Source of the DNA: Coniocarpon cinnabarinum
Taxonomy: Eukaryota
Direction of reading: 5' to 3'
Assembly: GCA_051942205.1 (NCBI GenBank)
Contig: JAVECO010000079.1
Location: 1 to 64,000, forward strand
DNA: 64,000 bases
In this document: positions 12,300 through 25,500 of the stretch, piece by piece
Layout: every line of letters begins with the position of its first letter
Position numbering within the stretch: position 1 is the stretch's first letter
Notes under the pieces: model-generated
Database searches by the model: none
What the model was told of the DNA's origin: nothing
Seen by the model: only the letters and a program-made list of their open reading frames with translations
Translations under genes and position numbers: made by a program

Positions 12300-13255
12300 T
12301 TATGCAACGACGGCGGATGGTGCGGTCGGTGTCGCAGTAGCGTTTGGAACGGCAGCGGCAACCCCAGCCGGATCAGCCGCCGCCGCCGCAGCGACCTCCC
12401 CATTGACAGCCTGTGAGCAGTCGCGGCTGATGTGACCGGTCTCACCGCATCTGTAGCAGGTCTTGCCTGCTGGACCAAGAGGCCCACCATTAGGAGCGGT
12501 GCAATCACGCGAGATGTGACCGAGCTTGCCACACGCATAGCATTTCTGCGCCGAGGCCTGGCAGTCGCGTGCAAAGTGCTACATCGTCGGTGTTATTTGA
12601 GTTGCAGAAAGCTTGAAAATGCCGGAGCGAATACGTACGTTTGGCCCACCACATTTATAGCACATGGCTCTGTTATTCACCGGGAAACCACCACGGGCGC
12701 CGAAGCCGCCGCGACCTACGCCAGGACCGCCGCGACCCATTCCGGCGACGCCAGGATTGGGGCAATTTCGCTGTACGGGATGAGCGAAGAAATTGCATTG
12801 AATGGGTGGAGAGCATACCGCGAGGTGACCAGGGCGGCCACAAGAATAGCAGTACCCGCTCGTCCCACCACTCAGGCGCAGCGTCGGACAGTCAGCCTGA
12901 ACATGGCCAAGTCCTTGACAGTGATAGCATTGTTTGGCTGTATTTGTTTAGCATTGTGCGTAATCATAGATCGGATGCGAAAGAACAGCGTACTCTCAGT
13001 CGTTCGCGGGAGTGGGCAGTTGTTCGACTCATGCCCTTTTGCAGGTCAGCTTTGCCCTAAAGGCCAGTTTGTAAGCGGCATTCTTGCGCACCGGGTTGCT
13101 TGCAATTGTAGCAAAGCCGCTCTTGCGATGAGCACACGTCTTAGCTGACGTTAGCGTTCATTGGTGCTGACCATCAGGGTGTTTGCGAAATAAGTACCTG
13201 CATAATGACCAACATTGCCACATTTGTAACAAGCGCGTCGCTGGAGTGAACCCAT
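12300..13255 (-). CDS. CCHC zinc-knuckle nucleic-acid-binding protein (CNBP/Gis2 family), multi-exon; an in-frame ATG also lies at 13267
   Basis: Spliced: [110 protein letters not shown]. Stop is at 12300-12302. Confidence 0.92.
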
Positions 13256-14435
13256 TTCTTCAGTCATGTATTCGATGCTGCTGTTGTCTTGTGAGCCATG
13301 ATCAGGCTACCGGTCGAGATCGTTTCTAGGTATGGATACATGGCAGAACGAGGCCCGAAACGGGTGCTGAAGCGGTCGAACGACGTCGAACAATAGACCG
13401 AGAATGTAAGAGGTAATTTACCTTGACAAGTCTCAACAGCTTCGTGCAAATCGATATCTCGCTAACACTTCAAAACCAGGGTGTCAGCCCGCGCTCGAGT
13501 CGCAATGTGAGGGGGAGGGGAAAGCAACAGGCGATGCGACCGAGCACACAGGAGCCGATGCTCTTACCTCTCTCCCTCGAAACCTTCCAACACTTCCGAC
13601 CCGCCCGTGAACGCGATCTTCCGACGACACTCAGGCTGCGATGTGATGGGTTGTCAGTAGAGTTTGGTGAGAAAGTATCTTCTGGTGGTGGTGAGATTTT
13701 CCTCAGGGTCCGGCTACACGAGGGTTAGGGTTCAACAAGCCGCATCTCTTTCGCGCACGGGAGCAAAGTCCCTCGGTCGAGGTCATGTGTCCGCCTAGTC
13801 ATACCGTGCTCATACACACAAGCTCAGCGGTCGCCAATGGTCAGTACGAGGAATGACACTGATCAGGCAATAGCCTTCATCTCAGACCAACCACGATCTA
13901 AGCCGCTGCCAGTTCCATGGACGTCCGTACGAACATGCTCTTGCATCGTCTACAATCCGTGCTCAGATGTAGTCGAAAAGGTTGCAAGTTCCTCTGGTAA
14001 TTCACGGACGCTCATGGAAAATCACCATCATCGCCGCACTGAGGTATCGATGTGATGCGATGTCAGTGGCGTCGCTTCTGCAGGTCAGCATAAGCATCAC
14101 GAGGTTCAAAGGTACAGCCGATCGATCTCACCTCTGGGATTGGTCCTTGTATGAGGAAATTGCGCGCAGCTGAAATTTGCCACTTGGACTTGTGCGACGC
14201 CTGCGAGCTGTCATTCGACAAAAGTGCGAGGAGCATTAGTAAGGGTTTACTGCCACCGCCTTTGCGTGCCCTTCGTTACACAGCTTGATGAAGCTCTCCG
14301 TCGTTATATAGAAGACGTCGCTGCTGCTTCTCAGTCTACTTCTTCTCCACACGACAAGTTATCACAAGTCACATACCTAGCTCAGAAGCCGAATTCGCTC
14401 GGCATCAGCGTCACCAAAGGCACACACAGACAACA

Positions 14436-14974
14436 ATGAAACTCCCAACGTTGCTTGCCTCGTCTTTCGCGCTCTTCTCCCCCACAATTGCACGAATTGC
14501 TGGGATTGCAGTGCCTGAGACTGTATGTGCTGGCTGCTCGCAACACGAGTAATGTATTCTCACGCTGCCATGTAGATTGCTCCAGGCTCTTCATTCCGTG
14601 TCATCATTGAGACTCAGAACTACATCCAATCGGTGCAAGACGTTGCAATCTCATTTGGCTTCTCCTCTACAGCCACATACAATAATGAGAGCTTGGGCAC
14701 ATTTCTGTCCTCCCGATATCTAGGTCCAGGTACGCATTTGTCCAACACGGCGTAGAGTCTACATTGACAAGGCAAAGATGAATCGAACATAGTGACAAAC
14801 ATCACGCACATTGTTGACGTTCCGAGCTCTGCTGGGGAGGGCCCGATCGTTTTTACCGGGGCATTGGATTCACTCTATGGTGCTCTGTACGCGCCAACAC
14901 TTGCATTTTTTCACGTCAACGCCACCATCGGTGAATCCACGTCTTCCGGATTGGTCTCTAGCAGCGGATCCTAA
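14436..14974 (+). CDS. NIS1: Small secreted NIS1-family (necrosis-inducing secreted protein 1) effector, 145 aa, 3 exons (14436-14522, 14576-14729, 14778-14974)
   Basis: Manual splicing at GT-AG introns gives MKLPTLLASSFALFSPTIARIAGIAVPETIAPGSSFRVIIETQNYIQSVQDVAISFG...LGTFLSSRYLGPDESNIVTNITHIVDVP...LDSLYGALYAPTLAFFHVNATIGESTS. The RIxGI, TxNYIQxVQDVxIxFG, LGPxxSN and SLYGA motifs match my recollection of NIS1. A TATA-like TTATATA lies at ~14304. Confidence 0.85.
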
Positions 14975-15362
14975 AAAGGCCGTGCTTGCTCCTGTAACAA
15001 TTACGGGATCCGCAGTATGGATGGCATCGCCCAGCATGAGAGTGCTGTCGGTGAGACTATGCATACCATCTCGTAGGCCAGGCAAAGCTGCGCATCGCAG
15101 CAACGCAGTACTACGTAGAATTTGACTGAGTATTGCAGTCAGGCAGCAGTAACAATACCTCGTACTTTGGACCCGTACATTTTGGGCCTATGCCGCTAAT
15201 CCAGCTAGTGCTGCCGCGCTGGAATACTATTGGCCCGTGCTATGAACACCTTTCCTGTTCCATTGTTCAAGATTCGATATTTAATGCTCTTGATTCAAGT
15301 TCTCGAATAATTATTGCGCGCTGCAGCTTTGTTCGAATACTAAACACTAACTTGTCCGTACA

Positions 15363-16926
15363 ATGTTCAAAGAGGGTAAGCAAGACGGCTGGCTCCGTCT
15401 ACCTCTCGATTCGCTACCTGCTTTTCTGCGTGTCCACAACGTCGAAACGACAGCAGTGAAAGCCGTGTCTACGAAGGAAAAGGGCAATGCCTTAGTCGCA
15501 GCAGATACGCTAGATTCTCAACGAAACCCGCTGGTGACAGTCCCATCTGAGCTTATACTGTCCAAAGAATCTGTCTGGTTGCAAGCCAAAACAGACCAGC
15601 GTCTACGTGAGGTTCTGGAGGCATGCAGTGACTTTGCTTCGGTAGGCCATGTTGTTTCCTAGCTCAACCGTAGAACATGTCTTGACATCTTTTTCTCGCT
15701 TGCAGACAACTCGCCACAGCGTCCTTATTTTCCTACTTGTTCAAGCAACATACTCATGCCCAACCGCCTCACATCTCTCTGGCCCGCGGCATGCAATCGC
15801 TGAGTCTGCAAGATCTGCGCCCTTTCCTCACGTGCTTTTAGCTGACACTTATGGCAGCTACATTAAGTTTCTCAACACCGAACTTCTTCCTACATTCTGG
15901 ACCGAAGAAGAATGTGCTCTTTTCGAAGGGACCAGCCTTCAACCTGCCCATGATGCTAAGATGCATAGTCTCTATCGTGAGTTTGACGAGCTTCGGCGTC
16001 TCACTGGTACAATACAGTGGTGCCAGGATGTCTGGTGGAATGAGATCGACGGTATCTTGGACTTCGACGATTGGAAACAGGTCGATGCCATCTATCGATC
16101 ACGAGCGCTGGAATTCCCCGGTATTGGGGATGCTCTAGTCCCATACATTGGCTTTGCCAACCATGCATCAGGTGATGAGACTCAGGCAGCTTATCAGGCC
16201 GATGACGATGGGCGTGGACTCTTGCTTCTCTATGATGACAAACAGGTCAAGGAAGGCGAGGAGATCACCATCACGTACGGGGATGACAAAGGCGCATGTG
16301 AGATGATCTTTTCGTACGGCTTCCTGGAAGAGAAAGTGGAGAGCGCGAAGACGGTGTACCTTGACATCAATATTCCTGACGACGATCCATTACGACGCCC
16401 GAAGCAAGCTTGGGATCCTTGTCCGCCTGGCGTTCGACTTTCACATTCACATGACAATCAGGTGAGCTGGGACGGTGACTTCATCTGGATGGCAGTCCTA
16501 AATGAAGAGGATGGCTTGGAGTTTTCCGTCGCAGAAACCGTGGATGGTGAGCGTGAGCTCAGACTTTACTTTGACGGCGAGCACGTCACAGGAATGGAGG
16601 AGCTCAAGCAGAAGATCACCCAGAGTGGCTTGTTTGAAGTGTTTCTGTTGCGAGCCATTGTGCTGCTTGAAAATCGGGTTATTCAACAATTGAAAATGCT
16701 GGGTAGCGTCGAAGAACGCTGCTCGAGTGACGTGTCTACCTTGAGCGGTGTGCGCGATCAACCAAGAGAGCTGGCGGAACGACTCCGTGTGCTGGAGGGC
16801 CAATTGCTTGGAAATTGCGTTAAGCACTTTGAGCAGGAGAAGGTGAGACTCGCCGACACTAAGACGGTCCAGCAATTTTTGCAAGCGCAACAGTCCAGGG
16901 ATGACGAGGAGGATGATTTCGCTTAG
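15363..16926 (+). CDS. SET-domain lysine methyltransferase (RKM/SETD-like), with introns in the 5' part
   Basis: Motifs: KGNALVA, LVTVPSELILSKE, LPTFWTEEE, YRSRALEFPG, ALVPYIGFANHA, GEEITITYGD and FSYGF. Confidence 0.88.
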
Positions 16927-18245
16927 AGCACTATGTATGCAGAAACTTTGGGCCCCCGAGTGACCCGCATCAGTGTCAATACATTACTGCAGCGCCGATA
17001 TCGCTCACGTGGAGGCTGCTCGCGCTCAGGAGAGCTAGCTCCAGATGAAGCGAGCAATAGGATAGGCATTATACAAATGAATTCATCTGCTTTGAAGTTG
17101 GCGCATCCACTGCACCGGGCGTGGAGGTCTATGCATCGACCAGCTGTCAAAAACATCCCGAAGGCTGAAATGTTGGTCCTTGTTGTGATGGACACAGTGT
17201 TCCCGTCCAGAGTCAGTTCAGTAGGTAAGGTTTGAGTCAGATGGAGTAGTGCTGCGGGGGACGCCTCATTGCCCCAGATTATGGACCGCCTCCCATGGAA
17301 ATCCAGTAGGCCACTGATTTACTCCATACTTACTTTACCACTCAGCACCTGCGACGGAGATCATAGATACAACCTGGGCCAATCTACGATTAAGGTGCGC
17401 CGATCACTACATGATGTGCGGCTCAGTGCGTCACGCGCCAGGTTCGATTGCAGCCAAGACAGCTAGGGCTGACGGGAGAAAGCAGGAGGCCAACACGAAC
17501 GCGCGCAGAGACGGGGATCATGGAAGGTCTTTGCAGACTTCTAGAAGGAATCTGGCGGGGGTTCCTGACGTCCGGACAGGGATGGCGGTGAAAAGCTAAG
17601 GCGGAGTACTTTGTACCTCACTGAAGATGGCCCTGAACAGAGAGCAGGAACGCTCAGGGTCAGTGTCATTACTGTCGTACCGTCGTAGCGTGACCCTTGA
17701 AAGGAGGGGCAGTAGAAGCTCCGCAAGAGGCAGCAGCAGCAGGCGATTCAAGGAGGCGCTGCGCTTGACTCTGAGCGCCTGGTCGAAGGAAGAAGGTTAT
17801 ACTGCGTCAAATGGGCGCATCTCGAGCCATCTGCCAGACCCCGGTCAATACAACATTTCATGACTGAGGGATATTAGCATCCTGCAGCACAAGATCAGGC
17901 TCGCGTGTTGGAGCCTTGACGTCGACGACAGTCCTCGACACCACCGCGCATCCACCCAGAGAGACGTTGTCTCGAAAACCAAGGTGCAGGTAAGCGCGTC
18001 GAAGGAGAGCATAAAGCAGATGGAACGAGGATCAGCCGGAGGAAACTGGGCAGCCGACTCGAGATGTTCGATGGAATCGGCGGTCGGGGCGAAGCGAAGA
18101 AGCAGCTCGACCGTTTCGACCCAATCGCGCGGGGGGCGTCACGCTAGCGCCGAGTCATTGGAAGTCGGCTCCGCACCGCACCAGCCGGAACGGGTTACCC
18201 TTTTCTTCATCTGGCGCCAAGACCAAGACTCTGCAGCGCGACCGC

Positions 18246-18280
18246 CCAGAGACCAGAGACCAGAGACCAGAGACCCAGAC
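18246..18280 (+). repeat. Tandem heptamer (GACCAGA)x~4 upstream of facB
   Basis: Seen directly. Confidence 0.85.
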
Positions 18281-18734
18281 AGCGCCAGTCTACGGAGTCC
18301 TCACTGCTCTCCACCAGACGCATCTCATCCGTCTCACGCCTCCAGTCCTCCCCTCTCACCCACGCGCCTCGTCCAGCTTTTCACCATCCCTTCGCTCTAT
18401 TCCTTGCCTGTCTCCCACCAGCGTATCGACCCTCAGATCACCAGCTCGTCATTGCTTCAACAATCGCTTCTGCGCCAAAGTCTCTCGTTTCCACGCTACA
18501 GCCTCCCGCGCCGTCCGCCGTTCAAGCTCCCACATCCCTGCACCTGTGTTCCTGTGGGACACCAGACGTTCCATAGTGGGCGTACATGCTCGTTTCCAAC
18601 AACCTGGCTGCGATCCTGCGCTCCTATACTACCCTCGTCTGCTAGATTTGACGCCCGATTGCTTTTAATAATACATCAGCCTCTGCATACTGCGCCAGCA
18701 TCCTCCCCTCAACAACTTTGTCCCGGTCGACAGG

Positions 18735-21717
18735 ATGCCTGGCATCCTTCCTATGAAGGTGATCAAGGTCGGCAGCAGCGCGCAGGCCCGCATCGCCCAA
18801 GCATGTGACCGCTGCAGGAGCAAGAAGATCCGCTGCGATGGCTTCAGACCCAGCTGCACCCAGTGCACTAACGTGGGCTTCGAATGCAAGACCTCTGACA
18901 AGCTCTCCCGCCGAGCCTTCCCGCGTGGCTACACAGAGTCTCTCGAGGAGAGAGTCAGAGCGCTGGAATTGGAAATCCGCGAGTTAAAGGATCTCCTAGA
19001 CGCCAAAGATGACAAGATTGATATGCTTTCAAAACTGCACTCGCCGAGTCACGCCACATTTTCTGGTTTACGGCGACCGTCAAGCAAACAGTCGCCCCCC
19101 TCACCGGCGACAGCATTGGACTCTTTGGAAGAAGAGCCGCCCCAAAGCTTTAGGATGCATCAGGATCCTGTGCTCCATGTGGGCGATCACCATGACCCTC
19201 GTTTCACAGGCCAGTCCAACAGCTGTGCCCTTCTCGGTGAGGACATGAATGCCCATTATTTTAATATGATGTCGAAGCTGACTTTTCCTCATAGAAGCTG
19301 TCAAGACAAAAGCGCAAGAGGTCGACCGGCCATGTCCTGACTTTGACATTGATCAACTAGCTCCAACTACTTGTCCCAAAGTGGGTGCTGCCTCGAGACC
19401 GGTAGTCAAGCCGTCAAGCCATGGCCCATCTCGCCTCATTTCAGATCAGATGATCAACGTCTACTTCCAGGAGTGGGCACCGCTCCTTCCTGTTCTGCAC
19501 CGACCCAGCTTTTTGAAGTTGTATGAGCAATTCGTCTCCAACTCTTCCGCCTTCGATGATGTTGCAGAACTAATACAGTTGCACCTGGTGTTTGGCATTT
19601 CAGCGACTTCGAACAAGGTAAGTTACCTGGATGTTGTTCAATGGCTAATGCTGACATTGTCAGACTCGCATCTCATACAACACTTCAGAGATCACATCGT
19701 ATTGGCTGAACGTGCTCGACGCTAGCGCTCGAAAAAATTCGATGGTCAATCTCCAATGTCTCCTGCTTGCTTTGATGTTCTGCACACAGACCGGTGACTG
19801 GGCTCGCGTCCTACAGTATAAAGAACGCAGCGTCGGGATGGCTTGCTTTTTGGGCCTTCATCAATCCCAGAAACGTTTTGGCTACGACGTTCTTACCTCT
19901 GAAACGCGAAAGAAGGTGTTCTGGTCTCTTTATGCTCTGGATTGGTAAGCTGATGTCAATGCAGCCAACACCTTCATTTTACTAATTGAGCCATAGCTTC
20001 GTCTCGGCCTCGTTGGGTACGCCCAAGAGCCTAAACGACCATGATGTTCATTGTGAGCCTCCAGTGGATGTCGATGATGAATACATCTCGGAGCAGGGAA
20101 TTCAACCCCTGCTACCTGGCGAATACACGAAGCTCTCAAGCGCTCTTTGCATTTTCACTGGTGCACGCATCTTGTCCAAAGTTCTCACTGAGCTCTATCC
20201 TTCACACGCTACCTATGAAATTTCTATGGCCACGGTGTCCCAGCTTCAAGAAGAACTGGATGCCTGGGCAGACACACTTCCGCGCCACCTCAAGATGCAA
20301 TTCACCGACGAAAAGCCAAGCACACATGTCATTAGCAGTCGCTGCCCGCTTCTGTCTCTGACGTATCATTACACCCGTTCTCTCATCCACCGACCAGCCG
20401 CTTGCTTTGCTCCTAGCGACCTCTCTTCAGCGTCCATTGTAGCTCTCGGAACATCTAGCAAGCACATCATTCAACTTGTCGCCCTACTGGACGAGCGAAA
20501 TCTTGCCTTTTCGTTCCCCCTCAACAAGGACGAGTTGCTCATTACAGCTGGTGCAGGCATTCTCCTCCAGTCGCTCAATCTCCACTCGGAAAGTAAGCTT
20601 CTCAAGGACGGTCAGAAAACCATCACTTCCGTTCTCGACATGCTAAAGCGACGTAAGGCTACAGCTTACAGCGAATTCAAACGCCTCAGCGGTGCCTTAG
20701 TTTTTTTCAATTTGGGTCGTCGGTCACTGGGCAGTCGCAATAGTAGCAACGAAGACTTGCAGGCAAAGCGGGACCTGCAGAGACTAACGTCGCAATTCCC
20801 AGCAAGCCAGAGCAGTGAGCAGATGTACAGGACGTCGGGCGAGAGCAGCCGTTCAACACTTGCTGTAATGCCTGCTCCGTCCAACATGACGTCTTCGGCA
20901 TCAGCTGCTGCTACAGCGTCCACGTCAGCAGGCGGGAAGCGCTTTCGACCGATTGCACCGTCCAACGCTTCTCCGCGGTCCTCTAACGAGTTTTCCTCTT
21001 TTGATAACACCAGTCCCCGAATGTCGACATCATCACGACCGCCTCAGCAAATGCATCAGCCTCCGCGTACGATGAGTGTTGCCTCGGTGTCTGCCTCCAG
21101 CTCCACGGTCAATTTAGACTTCTTTCCCTTCCCCGCAGATGCACCACAGAGTCGTGCGAGACTTCCACCCGCGCAGCACCATACTTCGGACACTTCGGAA
21201 TGGGAAACCATCCTCGGTGCGCTGAGCAGTGACCAACTGAATTTGAATAGCGGCGTCCATGATTGGAACACACTGAACGGCTACATGCCGTTGCCGCAGC
21301 AGGACAGTCACACTGTAAGTTTTCTATCCTCTTTCACGCCCCAAATCGAGCACATGCATTAACAAATTCGCATAGACCCCACAGGCTCCCCAGTTTCCGA
21401 AACCCACTCAAGCTACTAGCATCCACAGCACCGTCTCTGCATCTGAAAGCGATTGGGCTGTCAATACCGGGAGCATCTATCAAACCACTACGAATACCAC
21501 TAATGATACCACTGGGTATCCGGCCAATAGCGGAAACGGCAAAACGCAGAGCTTGCTGAGCCTCTCAGATGACAGCGGTGAGGAGTTCAGCAGCCTCGAC
21601 TGGGGTACGAGCTCGGCGGAAGACGTTGACGCATTCAAAATCATGATGGAGACTCTTGGCTCCGAGGGCTTGGGACCTGATGGGTCCGCTGTGGCGTGGG
21701 ATGACCGGCCGAAATGA
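18735..21717 (+). CDS. facB: Acetate-utilisation Zn2Cys6 transcriptional activator (FacB/Acu-15/Cat8), multi-exon
   Basis: The characteristic N-terminus reads [60 protein letters not shown] fungal TF domain follows ([29 protein letters not shown]). The last exon after intron 21316-21375 ends WDDRPK*. Confidence 0.93.
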
Positions 21718-22516
21718 TTTCACGACTATCCTTCTATCTTCTTTCTTTTCTGGAACGTCAAAGCAAGTTTGTTCCCAAGAGCGTTCGGCACGGCGTTTGG
21801 ATTGGTACAGATGATTGAAAAACTGCTACTTGTACAGGCTGTGATTGAAAAGATCGTTCGGTTGGCTTGTGCGTCGAGCACGGCGTTCTGTCTGGGGTGG
21901 CACTGTTGCTGCGTTTGATTAATAGCCGGATGCGAGATGCGTGATGATGTTTACGCGAATACCCATTCGTTGCGCACGTTAGGAATGTATCAAATAGTCT
22001 GTTTGATTTGTGATGTACAGTGATGGTAATGGAATTTGGAATTGTCAATAATATACATCTTGTTTTTGTCGATGGCTTGTATTCTGTGCCCGTTTTTGAG
22101 ATCTTGGTCACGTCTTATGTGTCTTTGTTTATGTCTTATATCTTGTTCGTGTCTTTCTGGGTTGATTTGAGTCTTGTGTTCTGTCCATGTCTTTTGCGTC
22201 TTGTGCGCGTCTTTTACATGTCCTGTATTCTCTTAGTCATTACCTTGGATTGTTATCGTGGAGAGACGCGGATGGCAGGGATCAGAACGTGTTTGAATGC
22301 AAGTCACAGACTTCATCGCAGACGCAAGCGCATTAGAACATTGCTGTAACATTCATAGGTCTCATTGTAGCTAGTGATGTCAGGCATCCTCCAATTACAC
22401 CACGCATCCATGCCATTCACAGCGACGTGACATCCACACGAACGTCTCCCTCATACTTCCACGCCCTTACCTCTCCCCTGCGACCACAACGCCGCCTCCA
22501 GCCTCTACGGGTTCCG

Positions 22517-25500
22517 TCACCTCAATCCAAAGCCCTCACTCATCCCGACAGCCTTCCACAACCGCTCACTCAGCTCCCGTTTCGAGCGATACTGATACAA
22601 CATCAACACGTTAAAGCACGTGCGCGCAATGGGGAAGCGTTCCCGTTCCGCCCCAGCACACGTCAGTGTGATGACGAGCGCATTCGCGCCCACGGCCGGC
22701 ATCCGATCACTCCCCGTGATGAAAGAGAGCAAATTCCTCTGATCGCGCGGGCCGGCCTCCTCGAGCAACTCCCAGAACCAACTAATCAAGGGAACTTCCC
22801 CGTCGGGATTCTTGACAGGCCGATCGCGGATCTTCCAGTTTTGATACGAGGCCGTGGCTCGTAACGTCCCGACATCAAGACCTTCGTCGGAGCCACGGAC
22901 GAGGAGTTCGATCTCCTCGGGCTGGAAAAGCGCAAGGGCATTGCCGCCGCAGACAGTGAAGAAGCCGCGCTTGAAGGGTTCGAACTGGCGGGAAATCTGG
23001 CCATCGAGGAGGAAGCGGATATAGGTGTCGACGAACTCGGCGCGGTTGGCGTTGGTGACGGGGCGAGCGCGGCCATTGTCGCAGAGAGGGACTTCGGTGA
23101 CAGTGCCGTAGGAGGCGACTTCGGCGACGAAATCAAGGCAGAAGGTGCTTTCCACGTCGCCGTCGAACTCGAGGAGTTGTTTGAGGCCTTTGGCGAGGGA
23201 GGGGCGGAGTTCGGCGAGGTCGTCGAGGGTGTAATGGAGAGGGGGCCGATGGATGAAGGGTTTGCTGCTACCTTTGGAAGGGGGCGGACTGGAGGCGAGG
23301 AGTTTCTTGAAGGTGAATGGAGGTAGAGGCACGTCTATGATGGTCGTATGATAGATGGCAAGGCCGAGGAGGGCACCCACTAGGAAGAAGCGGTCAGAGG
23401 ATTCAAAAGATTGCGGATTGAACCAGCAGAAGCGAGACTCTTCGTCGTAGAGAAACAGGCCGTAATTGGGATCGAAGATTTCGCGCGCGAGCAGCATGAA
23501 CCATTCCTTGCGGAGACCGCCTGCGTCGATGCCTTCTTCGTTGGCAAATTGGACCTTGAGGCTCTTCTTGATGTCTTCTTGTCCAGTTCCCACGACTTCG
23601 CTAATACTGGTAAGGGAGTCTTCGACAAGACACTCACGCCTCACCTTGAGAATCAGATGCTGCTCGAGAGCCTTGTTCTTCAGTAAACTATCGAAGAAAG
23701 CTTCTCGTGCTCTGCTCTCCATCTGTCGTTTGGCGTCGTGTTCCATGATGCGAATTTTTGCACCCACTGAAAGAAAGAACGGGTATTGACAGAATGAAAA
23801 CTTCGTCTTCGAAGATTCCCAGGTGTCGAAGTCGGCTATGAGATCCATCGTATCGACCATCGTGTTGTAAAAGTCGGACGTAGATAGGAGCTGGCCGCGG
23901 ATCTTGATGTGCGTCCTCGAAATGGATCCAGGTCGTGACATCCGCGCGTCCTCAGCTAATGTACTGGCCATGCGCTCGCCGACAAAATTCTTGTTAGCGC
24001 TGAAGAGTAAGGACATGAACCTCGCAGCGGCACGGACTTGCCAATCCTCAGTATATGGCGCGTTCTGAGTTGATTTGTCAGAAGCTCCCTTACTGGGGCC
24101 GCCAAAGCCAAGTGCAGCGTGAAGGGTCGCAGAAGTGTCAGCACTGGTCCCACTGAGATTGGGAATGAGGCCCGCGGTTGGATTGATGATATTGCTCTTC
24201 TTCCGCCCATGGGATAACTTCAGCCGGTGGGTCACAAACCGTTCGAGAACTTCCACGATCGTTCGGAAGTGAGGCTCATCGTACCTCGACAACCAAGCCA
24301 CGAGGTGACGATGACAGTCATTGGAAAGGTTCGCAAGTATACCCAAAATGCGCTTGATGATACCATACGCATGGCCCGCTTCGAACGCATTCGGTCCCAT
24401 TCCTGCATAGGCTGATGGCTTCGTTGGGTGGATCATAGGATTGGCTAGCAGCAGAAGAAGGAAACGTGCATCCTGCGGCTCTTTCAATGGTCGACCAGGT
24501 CTCTTCAGGAGCGCCTCTGTACATTTCAATAGAGTTTGATGCAAATGTGCTCGGCCCTCAGATAACTGACGATCAATCTCCTCAGTATCCAATCCACGGA
24601 GATCTTCATCCTTAAGCCGCTGACGCCAGCCACAACCAGCTCGTATAAGTGTGTCGTACCAATTGTCAAGCTCAAACCAATTGATGTGGGGTGATTTCAG
24701 ATTAACCAGGCCTTTACTAGCGTCGTGCCCTCGGTCAGACTTCCGTCGATGACCCAGGGGTGCCCTCTCCTCCATCCCAGTCCACCAAAGCCCATTTGCA
24801 GCCACGTCGCCCAGCAGAAGTGTCTTTGCATCAATCTCTGACAGATTCGAATCGTGGATTGCAGGGTCGCGTGGCGGAGCCAGAGTCTGCGCCGGAGTTC
24901 GCTTTGGAGGTGAACGGGCGGTACGCGGTCGACCTCCATCGGCATTGCTAGTAACGCGAGGGCGTGCACGCGTAGTCATGAAGGAGGTGCTCAGGCATTG
25001 CTGATCGCCATATGAACGGATCACGTAATCTTCCAGAGGCCTGAAGATCCGACTGGGAGGAAGCAATGGACGCGAGCGTGGCTCAAAAGACGGAGCATTA
25101 TCTCTCACGTCCCCGTCAGTAGTTTGCCTTTGCTCGCCATCGACCATAACTGGGATCGGTGGCGGCTTGCGCGCTGGTCTTGGCGGCAAATTTTGAGAAC
25201 CGCCTCCCACAGGCTTCCTTGCAATCGCACCCATGTTGGGAGTCCCGCCGTTCTTCAGATCCAAGGCATTGCTTGGCCGCCGCCCCGACCGAGAATGCGG
25301 TGTTCGATCAGGAGAGTTCGATAGGTCATGTATGAAAGTATTAGGAAACATCGAGTCATCGGGTGGTGTGGTAGGTAGGTCTCTGGCACGGTCTAGAAAA
25401 GCTTGTGGTCCTGGACTGGCCGGCGAAGTCTTGTCAACAGATAGAGGGAATTGGGTAGGGGAGTCAGGCGGCGTTTTCATAAATGTCGTCTTTCGCGGGA

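Noticed and set aside
13721..13732. TTAGGG repeat as a telomere remnant
   Set aside because: There are only two units, in a promoter, so a factor-binding site or chance is more likely.
17425..17460. GGTTCGA T-loop-like motif suggesting a tRNA
   Set aside because: No T-stem, acceptor stem or A-box could be built around it.
17984..18808. 274-aa ORF upstream of facB
   Set aside because: It has low-complexity Ser/Pro/Arg composition typical of a translated pyrimidine-rich leader, a non-ATG start, and overlaps facB out of frame.
22101..22236. Spaced GTCTT array as a CRISPR-like structure
   Set aside because: The context is eukaryotic, the repeat is only 5 bp, spacing is irregular and there are no cas genes.
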